From positions 1 to 50,498 of the forward strand of contig CAYHGV010000003.1 of assembly GCA_964356135.1 (NCBI GenBank): a stretch of 50,498 bases of DNA, given 5' to 3'. Position numbers and translations under genes: made by a program. The notes under the pieces were generated by a model. It ran no database searches and had not been told where the DNA came from. It worked only from the letters and a program-made list of their open reading frames with translations. The stretch comes from an uncultured bacterium (lineage in GTDB: Bacteria; Hydrothermota; Tepidihabitantia; CAYHGV01). Shown piece by piece: positions 44,271 to 50,498 of the stretch. Within the stretch, counting starts at the first letter, position 1; each line of letters opens with the position of its first letter.

Positions 44271-45632
44271 ATGAACCTTAACGAAGACAGGAGAAAGTAT
44301 GGGTTAAAGATCTCGGTCGTCGAGGGCGTGTTTGCCAATATCCATATCACCCTCACCGGCGGTGTCTTTTTAACCGGCTTTGTCCTCTATCTCGGAGCGA
44401 ATGCATTCGAAATCGGTCTGTTGGCGGCAATACCCGCTTTATTCGCCAGTTTCAGTTTAGTTTCCGCGTTTCTCATCAACCGGCTTGAAGAACGGCGCAA
44501 ACTCACCATCTGGACCGCAGGTATCGGCCGCGCCCTGTTCTTCATCCCGGTTCTGCTCATGATTTTGAAATACAAAATCCACTTGGGGTATTTTCTTCTG
44601 CTGATTGGGGTTTTTAACGGCCTCTTGACGATTGCCGGTAATGCCTGGACCTCGTGGATGAGCGATCTCGTGCCGAAGGAAATCCGCGGTCGGTACTTCG
44701 GCATCCGCAATACGATTGTCGGATTGATGGGTATGGGCATCTCATTTTTGGGGGCTATTCTCCTCGACTATTTTAAAAAAACGGATAAGACAATCCAGGG
44801 CTTTGAGCTGATTTTTACTATTGCGGTCATCGCTTCGGCGATAGCCACTTATCTCCTGACACAGCAACCTAAAATTTCAATTAGCCGCCAGCGGACCGAA
44901 TGGAAAACGATACTCGCGGCGCCGTTTCGGGATGCCAATTATCGTAAGTTCCTGTTCTTCATTGGATTTTGGTATTTGACCGCGGGCGTTGCCGGGCCGT
45001 TCTATCTTGTTTTTATGCTCCAGAATCTGCAGCTCTCCTATAAGTCGGTTGCCCTGTATGGAATTCTCGCCGGTGCACTCGGCATCATCTTCCAGTTGCT
45101 CTGGGGTCTGGCAATCGATAAGTTCCGCTCCAAACCGGTACTGACGATGAACTTTTTTCTGGTCGGCTTTCTGCCGCTGCTCTGGCTCTTTCCGACAAAA
45201 CAGTTTCTTTTACCGGTCTGGCTCGACGCCGTTTTTACCGGTATCTTCTGGTCCGGGGTGAATTTAAGCGTCTTCAATATCGTCCTCTCCCTTTCGGATA
45301 ACGATCAGATCAAAGAGAGCTACTTTGCGATCTTCGCAACCATTACCGGCATTGCCGGTTTTGCATCGTCGATTCTGGGTGGGTATATCGCCAATCTTCT
45401 GCGGAATTTTAAGTTGGTAATTTTCGGCCATGAATATATTAATTATCATCTGTTGTTCGTGTTCGCCGCGGTAACCCGATTTATCAGTCTTTTCTTTTTA
45501 AAAGAGGTGACCGAACCGAAGGCATATCCGACCCTGTATGCCTTGGAGGTTATGGGAGATTATGCCGTGCGCCGGCTCAGCTACGGCAAAGAACTGATCC
45601 TGAATACGCTCCGCTTCCTCAAGCCCCGATAA
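44271..45632 (+). CDS. MFS transporter
   Basis: About 12 TM helices, WTSWMSDLVP..IRGRYFG.R, WG.AIDKF. Confidence 0.9.
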   Translation: MNLNEDRRKYGLKISVVEGVFANIHITLTGGVFLTGFVLYLGANAFEIGLLAAIPALFASFSLVSAFLINRLEERRKLTIWTAGIGRALFFIPVLLMILKYKIHLGYFLLLIGVFNGLLTIAGNAWTSWMSDLVPKEIRGRYFGIRNTIVGLMGMGISFLGAILLDYFKKTDKTIQGFELIFTIAVIASAIATYLLTQQPKISISRQRTEWKTILAAPFRDANYRKFLFFIGFWYLTAGVAGPFYLVFMLQNLQLSYKSVALYGILAGALGIIFQLLWGLAIDKFRSKPVLTMNFFLVGFLPLLWLFPTKQFLLPVWLDAVFTGIFWSGVNLSVFNIVLSLSDNDQIKESYFAIFATITGIAGFASSILGGYIANLLRNFKLVIFGHEYINYHLLFVFAAVTRFISLFFLKEVTEPKAYPTLYALEVMGDYAVRRLSYGKELILNTLRFLKPR

Positions 45633-45637
45633 AAAAT

Positions 45638-45676
45638 AACCACGAATGGACACGAAATTTGACGAATGTACACGAA
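45638..45676. repeat. CACGAA 10-nt period repeat tract
   Basis: cacgaatgga-cacgaaattt-gacgaatgta-cacgaa. Confidence 0.7.
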
Positions 45677-45781
45677 GAGAGGGTTGGACTTAAAGAAGGA
45701 GCGTAGAATCGAGATTGAAAACCTTTCCCTCAATATTTATCTTCAGAAGTGAGAGAGCGATTTCCGGTTGCGAAAATTGTC

Positions 45782-45896
45782 GTCATTTTGAGCGAAGCGA
45801 AAAATCTCGGTTTTTAACCATTTTTTTAGTGGAAACGGCGAACATTCCTTAGCGTAGCGAAGGGTCTCATGAATTGAGATTCTTCACTTCCTTCAG
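45782..45896. repeat. Two GTCATT..GCGAAG..ATCTC family repeats plus a partial inverted mate
   Basis: gtcattttgagcgaagcgaaaaatctc; cattccttagcgtagcgaagggtctc; gagattcttcacttccttcag. Confidence 0.72.
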
Positions 45897-45906
45897 CTTT
45901 TCTCCC

Positions 45907-45935
45907 TTGACAGGAGGATATTTCACGAGTATCTT
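45907..45935 (+). promoter_or_regulatory. Sigma70 promoter of the TA operon
   Basis: TTGACA-N17-TATCTT; SD AGGAGG. Confidence 0.65.
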
Positions 45936-45960
45936 AAGGTAGGATAAATTAGGAGGACAT

Positions 45961-46197
45961 ATGGCTAAGAAAAAAAAGGTGTCGGTAACCATTGATAGGG
46001 TAGTACTGGCGAATATCGAGCGGATATCAGAAGAAAAGGGTATCTCGAGGTCGAGTGCGATTGAATGGATGCTCAAGGAATGGGAGAAGATATACTTGCG
46101 GGAAGAGTTGAAAGCGGGATATGGGGCTATGAGTGGAGAAGATAGAAAAACGGCAGAAGAGAGTCTGGAAATTGTGAGGGAGGTGATAGGTGAATAA
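45961..46197 (+). CDS. Ribbon-helix-helix antitoxin (NdoAI/MazE-like)
   Basis: KVSVTID, GISRSSAI, ELKAGY..M, acidic tail; overlaps the toxin start. Confidence 0.88.
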   Translation: MAKKKKVSVTIDRVVLANIERISEEKGISRSSAIEWMLKEWEKIYLREELKAGYGAMSGEDRKTAEESLEIVREVIGE

Positions 46198-46543
46198 GGC
46201 ATTTCCAAGAAGAGGGGAAATCTGGGTAGTAAATTTTAATCCCGGAAGAGGGAACGAACAGAAGGGGATAAGGCCAGCCCTTATTCTTCAAAATGATATA
46301 GGTAATCAATACGGGGGCACCACCATCATTGCGGCTATTACTACTACAATAAGACTATATCCTGTGACGGTCACATTGGAGAAGGGGGAAGCAGGGCTCA
46401 AACAGAGGTCTACGGTAAATTTGGCACAGATTCTCACAACCGACAAAGAAAGACTAATGAAGAAACTCGGCTACCTTTCGCCTCCCAGAATGATAGAAGT
46501 TGAGAAGGCTTTAAAGATAAGCTTGGAGTTAGAAAAACTGTAA
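46190..46543 (+). CDS. mazF: PemK/MazF family endoribonuclease toxin
   Basis: RRGEIW.V.F.P..G.EQ.G.RPALILQND.GN, QILTTDKERL. Confidence 0.94.
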   Translation: MNKAFPRRGEIWVVNFNPGRGNEQKGIRPALILQNDIGNQYGGTTIIAAITTTIRLYPVTVTLEKGEAGLKQRSTVNLAQILTTDKERLMKKLGYLSPPRMIEVEKALKISLELEKL

Positions 46544-46648
46544 ACCCCGATCCAGCGATAACTTTTTTGGATAGGGATATGGAGGTCTGGGCTTACTATA
46601 TTTATGGGAAGCCAGGCGGACCTTAAAATTGTTGTCGTAGTTTTGCTA

Positions 46649-46676
46649 TTGACTTATCTCTAAAATTTATTATCAT
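46649..46676 (+). promoter_or_regulatory. Sigma70-like promoter
   Basis: TTGACT-N16-TATCAT; SD AAGGAGG. Confidence 0.65.
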
Positions 46677-46708
46677 TGAGATATAAACTCTAATTCCAAG
46701 GAGGAATA

Positions 46709-47047
46709 ATGGCAAAATCAGCAAAGTGGGCCGTGGTCATACTTACCGCCCTCGCATTGTCAATGACACTTGGCTGCGCCAAGGCGAAGAAGGCGATGTC
46801 GGATGCGGACTTCTCGAAGATTACCGGTGAATGGCTGACCGAGTATCTCGGGGTCGCCATGCAGAAGGCTTTTTCCGGTGCTGAAGTGAGCGACAAAGAG
46901 ATGGAGAAATTAGCCTATGATACCCTGGACAAAGTCTGTCAAAAATACGGCTTTACCCGGGCTCAATTCGAGGAAAAGGCAAAGAAATCCGGTAAGAAAC
47001 TGGAAGACGTGCTGAAAGGTGGCATGGAAGAGCAAGGGTGGAAATAG
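46709..47047 (+). CDS. Small helical lipoprotein, unknown function
   Basis: Lipobox TLGC; own promoter, SD and terminator. Confidence 0.85.
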   Translation: MAKSAKWAVVILTALALSMTLGCAKAKKAMSDADFSKITGEWLTEYLGVAMQKAFSGAEVSDKEMEKLAYDTLDKVCQKYGFTRAQFEEKAKKSGKKLEDVLKGGMEEQGWK

Positions 47048-47069
47048 GAATAAAGAAGCCTATTTAGTT

Positions 47070-47108
47070 AAACGGAGGATTGGTCAAGCGTCCTCCGTTT
47101 TATTTTTT
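47070..47108 (+). terminator. Intrinsic terminator between convergent genes
   Basis: AAACGGAGGA-N11-TCCTCCGTTT followed by TATTTTTT. Confidence 0.8.
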
Positions 47109-47144
47109 ACCGTTTAACGATTTAACCCTTTAACCTTTTAACCA
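47105..47144. repeat. Five 8-nt TTTAACnn units overlapping the lpxB 3' end
   Basis: ttttaccg-tttaacga-tttaaccc-tttaacct-tttaacca. Confidence 0.75.
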
Positions 47145-48249
47145 ATTTTAGTATTTCCTGCACTATTCTTTCTTGTGCGCCTGTCGATCCTAACCTGCGT
47201 TTGGTCTCGATAAATTTCTTTTTTATTTCTTCCCGTTTGTATTTGTTCTTTAAGAGGTCGAAAACTAACGGATACAGGGTTCTAAAAACGGGCTGGACGA
47301 GTTCAGGCATTATCTCCTTGCCGGCAATTAGATTCGGAATGGTGAAGTTGTTTAATTTGACGGTCAAACGGGCGGTCAGGTATGAGAGAGGAGAAAGGGT
47401 GTAGATGCTGACCGCCGGGGTCTGAAGTATCATCGCTTCTAAGGCGGCGGTGCCGGAAGATAAAAGAATGAGGTCGGAGTGTCTCAGTACTTCGTATTTG
47501 TCCTGGTCGACATAAAAAAGGCGGTCAATGTGGGGTAAATCCTGGAATTTGATATTTTCGGAAAGAATGACAAAACCGTTGAGATTTTGGAAGTTTTTGT
47601 TTAACTCAGAAAAAACCCTGAGCATCAACGGGAGGTGGTGGCGAATTTCATCCGGTCTTGAGCCGGGCATCAGTGACAGGATATAGGAGTCAGGATTCAG
47701 GGAATAGGTTTTGAAAAAAACAGGCCGGGAGTGCTCGCTTTTTATGTGGTCGAGCAGTGGATTGCCAAGATAGGCAGCGTCGATACCGAGATTTTTAAAG
47801 AATTCTTCTTCGAACGGGAAGAGGCAGATGACTTTATCAACATACTTTTTTAAAAAATACTTGCGCCACGTTCCCCATGCCCAGAGTTGGGGAGGCCCAA
47901 AGTAAATGGTTAAATGGTTAAATGGGTAATTGATTAAATGGGGACTTAAAAGAAGCAGATTGAAATTGGAAAAGGCGATGGGGAGGAGGAGGTCGGGGGG
48001 ATTTTTTCTGAGATAGGAGATTGTTTCTTTGAGAATTTTCCTGACCTGGGGATAAGACTTAATTCCTTCGTAAAATCCAAAGATTGACAGCTCATCAATC
48101 GATTTGATAAGTTTAACTCCGGCTTCAGCCATCAAATCGCCGCCGATGCCGGTGATTTCAATCCCGGGTACCTGGTTTTTTAGTTCTTTCGCCAGAATCG
48201 AACCATAAAGGTCGCCCGATGGTTCACCGGCTGAGATAAAGATTTTCAT
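47122..48249 (-). CDS. lpxB: Lipid-A-disaccharide synthase
   Basis: AGEPSGD, GIGG..M, PQLWAW, FPFE, GNPL, PGSR..E, SGTA.LE, PNLIA. Confidence 0.95.
   Translation of the reverse strand: MKIFISAGEPSGDLYGSILAKELKNQVPGIEITGIGGDLMAEAGVKLIKSIDELSIFGFYEGIKSYPQVRKILKETISYLRKNPPDLLLPIAFSNFNLLLLSPHLINYPFNHLTIYFGPPQLWAWGTWRKYFLKKYVDKVICLFPFEEEFFKNLGIDAAYLGNPLLDHIKSEHSRPVFFKTYSLNPDSYILSLMPGSRPDEIRHHLPLMLRVFSELNKNFQNLNGFVILSENIKFQDLPHIDRLFYVDQDKYEVLRHSDLILLSSGTAALEAMILQTPAVSIYTLSPLSYLTARLTVKLNNFTIPNLIAGKEIMPELVQPVFRTLYPLVFDLLKNKYKREEIKKKFIETKRRLGSTGAQERIVQEILKLVKRLKG
47903..47942. repeat. Five 8-nt TAAATGGT-type units inside lpxB
   Basis: taaatggt-taaatggt-taaatggg-taattgat-taaatggg. Confidence 0.75.
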
Positions 48250-48255
48250 CAGGAC

Positions 48256-48284
48256 ATTCTAAAATTTTTGTCGCATAAGGTCAA
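48256..48284 (-). promoter_or_regulatory. Sigma70 promoter for lpxB, leaderless
   Basis: Minus strand TTGACC-N17-TAGAAT, 6 nt before ATG, no SD. Confidence 0.7.
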
Positions 48285-48316
48285 GCTTCATATCAGAATT
48301 CCATCCCTGCCATTCC

Positions 48317-48424
48317 TGTAGAAACAGACCTTTAGGTCTGTTATCAAGTGTAGTGTCCCCAATATTTATTAGACATGAGCTGACGCTGTAATAAATTCAA
48401 CAGGTCTGAAGACCTGTTTCTACA
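48317..48424. repeat. Inverted pair of GTAG-type REP sequences (REPIN-like)
   Basis: tGTAGa-aacagacct-tt-aggtctgtt (48317-48342) and reverse copy tGTAGa-aacaggtct-tc-agacctgtt (48399-48424). Confidence 0.82.
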
Positions 48425-48474
48425 TCGATTCTGGCCTCAGGTATTATTTAACCAATGTCAATTTCCAATGGGGC

Positions 48475-48502
48475 TTGACATACCTATGCTATGAACCATA
48501 CT
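48475..48502 (+). promoter_or_regulatory. Sigma70-like promoter
   Basis: TTGACA-N16-CATACT. Confidence 0.5.
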
Positions 48503-48520
48503 TACGATTGTGGGGCTTAC

Positions 48521-50080
48521 ATGAGATTTAAATCGCTGATTCCGATAACAATTCTTAACCTCTGGTTCGTCTCCAGTTCTTATGCCATATACGGCCACAT
48601 CACCCACGACACCACTTGGTCGGACACGGTCTTCGTCACCGGCGATGTGGTGGTGGATTCGGGGGTAAAATTGACGGTCTTGCCTGGAACCGTCGTAAAT
48701 TTACTGACGGATTCATCATGTTGGGATGCTGGGAATGGCTGGGGTGGGCTTTGTGATATCGTTTTTTATAAATCACGAGTTGAAATGGTTGGTAATAAAG
48801 AGGATAGCATTGTGTTTAAAGGTACCGCAGATACCGTTGGCGCAAGGCCATATTTTTATAATTGGGGGGAAATAAGATTGATAGCTGTTATTTGTTCACT
48901 TGCTTTTTTAAATGTGAAAGGTGCGGGGTGCTGTCTTAACATCAAAGATGCTGACCTTGTAGTGGAAAACAGTTCGTTTTCTTCCTGCCAGAATTCTTGT
49001 TTTTCTACGATGGCGTCGGACATTAAAGTAAAAAATAGTTCATTTACTTCTCGCCACTTCGGGATTTTCGCAACTAAAGGGAAATTGAACATCCAGAACT
49101 GTAGAATATTTAATATTCAAGGTTGGGATGATAACGATAGTTATGCGCTCGGAATTGAGTGTTATGATGTAACAACAGCATTCATCTGGAGAAACGAAAT
49201 TGATTCATGCGTTGGTGGGTGGAGTAGAGTTTACGGCCCGGGCATTGGAATATCTTGTATAAATTGCGATTCATTGATTATCGGCGAGAATAAAATTTCA
49301 AATTGTATTGGGGGTGATGGTAGATTGGACCATGGTGATCCGGGAAGTGGTGGGAGTCCAGGTTTTGGGATTAGCATTGAGTCGTGTAATGCAATAATAT
49401 CAGATAATGCTATATATGCTTGTGTTGGTGGACAAGGGTCGCATGATGGCCAAGGAATTGGAGCTTTTTTTAAAAGTTGTTCTTCAATTATGCTAAGTAA
49501 TAATCGGATATCAGATAATTCTTCCATTGGGGTTGAGGTAGTCGATAGTAAGGTTGTTATTGGAGGTTATCCAGACAAGCAGAATGATATTTATAATAAT
49601 TCAAGGTTTAATTTAATGAACCAGAGTCCTAATGATATCATCGCTACCTACAACTGGTGGGGGACAACCGACCGGGATACAATTGAAAAGTATATCTTTG
49701 ATAAAGCAGATTCGAGCGCCTTAGGCAGGGTGATTTACGACCCCTGGGCGGATAAGCCGCTGGCAATTGAGGAGCAAAAGAATAAAGTTGAGCCGGTTAG
49801 AAGTAACTATCTTCAAATTTCTCCCAATCCCTTCAGCCGAACGACTGAAATTAGTAGCGAGTATTCAGGAGCGAGGAGTGAGGGGAACACCTTAAAGATT
49901 TATGACATAGCGGGCAAGCTGGTTAAATCTTTTTATTTAAGCAGTCACCAATCACCATTTACCACTCTGGCGTGGGATGGAAAGGACGATGCGGGCAAAA
50001 GGCTTCCTGCTGGGGTCTATTTCTGCGAATTGAATGCCGGAACGACTAAGGTAACCAAAAAACTGGTGCTGGTGCGATGA
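48521..50080 (+). CDS. Secreted right-handed beta-helix protein with FlgD-Ig/T9SS-type tail
   Basis: Signal peptide from ATG 48521; GHIT.DTTW...V.VTGDV, I..N.I repeats, ATYNWWG; ISPNPF..IYDIAGKLV..WDGKD..GVYF..KKLVLVR. Confidence 0.88.
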   Translation: MRFKSLIPITILNLWFVSSSYAIYGHITHDTTWSDTVFVTGDVVVDSGVKLTVLPGTVVNLLTDSSCWDAGNGWGGLCDIVFYKSRVEMVGNKEDSIVFKGTADTVGARPYFYNWGEIRLIAVICSLAFLNVKGAGCCLNIKDADLVVENSSFSSCQNSCFSTMASDIKVKNSSFTSRHFGIFATKGKLNIQNCRIFNIQGWDDNDSYALGIECYDVTTAFIWRNEIDSCVGGWSRVYGPGIGISCINCDSLIIGENKISNCIGGDGRLDHGDPGSGGSPGFGISIESCNAIISDNAIYACVGGQGSHDGQGIGAFFKSCSSIMLSNNRISDNSSIGVEVVDSKVVIGGYPDKQNDIYNNSRFNLMNQSPNDIIATYNWWGTTDRDTIEKYIFDKADSSALGRVIYDPWADKPLAIEEQKNKVEPVRSNYLQISPNPFSRTTEISSEYSGARSEGNTLKIYDIAGKLVKSFYLSSHQSPFTTLAWDGKDDAGKRLPAGVYFCELNAGTTKVTKKLVLVR

Positions 50081-50322
50081 TTGAAATCAAGACCTATTCC
50101 GGTTATAAAGGCGAAGAGAGGCCGAAGTCGATTATCATTGACGGCGAAGAACATCTGGTTGAGAGCGTCGTTCGAAAGGAAGTGATTGAGGATTTCAAGA
50201 CCCGCCAGCGGCAAACCGTCTTCTGGTGTGAGGTAAATAGAGAGTTTTTAAAGATTACCCACCGTGCTTCGGGTGAGTGGGAAGTGGCGTTTCTGCCCCC
50301 GGAAAGGAAAAATGAAAGGTAA
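50077..50322 (+). CDS. Small conserved-looking hypothetical protein
   Basis: ATGA-coupled; YSGYKGEERP N-terminal motif; overlaps the polX start. Confidence 0.7.
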   Translation: MIEIKTYSGYKGEERPKSIIIDGEEHLVESVVRKEVIEDFKTRQRQTVFWCEVNREFLKITHRASGEWEVAFLPPERKNER

Positions 50323-50498
50323 AGAGAAGAGTATCGAGCTGGCGGAGATGTTTGACCGGATCGCCGATGCGTTGGAGTATAAGGGCGAGATGGCATTCAA
50401 GATCATTGCCTACCGGAAGGCGGCACGGACGCTGGAAGAGCTGACCGATGATATTGAGGTGTTAGCCAAAGAAGGGAAACTGAGAACAATTCCCGGCG
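50312..50498 (+). CDS. polX: DNA polymerase X family (PolX), N-terminus; truncated by the window end
   Basis: Manual translation MKGKEKSIELAEMFDRIADALEYKGEMAFKIIAYRKAARTLEEL..DI..LAKEGKLRTIPG. Confidence 0.9.
   Translation, partial: MKGKEKSIELAEMFDRIADALEYKGEMAFKIIAYRKAARTLEELTDDIEVLAKEGKLRTIPG

Noticed and set aside
335-50396. Numerous antisense and alternate-frame ORFs in the track
   Set aside because: Shadows of well-supported genes; no motifs or start signals
1-50498. tRNA, rRNA, integrase or transposase genes
   Set aside because: No cloverleaf/T-loop signatures or recombinase motifs seen by eye

Overview
Gene-dense bacterial chromosomal window. It looks like an uncultured FCB-related diderm, possibly WOR-3-like; this is an inference from lpxB plus three secreted proteins ending in a FlgD-Ig/T9SS-type sorting tail. 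Contents in order: a three-gene two-component cluster; a lysine/saccharopine dehydrogenase; an AT-rich operon of secreted proteins (NTF2-like, metzincin protease, Ig+TPR protein, and an NHL/FlgD protein split by a 5-bp duplication); an IspH-UbiA fusion; hisS; a single-chain restriction-modification enzyme; transporters; an H+-PPase; the distal spc+alpha ribosomal cluster, which unusually begins at rplF behind its own tandem promoters; panD, a half-GlmU, rsfS, argS; a PTS EIIA plus mini zinc-ribbon pair; a diguanylate cyclase with an 8-Cys N-terminal domain; a RHH/MazF toxin-antitoxin pair; lpxB; and the start of polX. No rRNA, tRNA or CRISPR array was seen. The main unexplained structure is non-coding. 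Most larger intergenic spacers are built from short-period (7-10 nt) repeat tracts, often in inverted pairs. Fixed-length 20-21 nt hairpins and 50-80 nt MITE-like elements are nested inside these tracts, and related repeats also occur inside coding regions. Sigma70-like promoters are unusually legible, mostly have 16-bp spacers, and several imply leaderless mRNAs. All calls come from reading motifs by eye; no searches were run.
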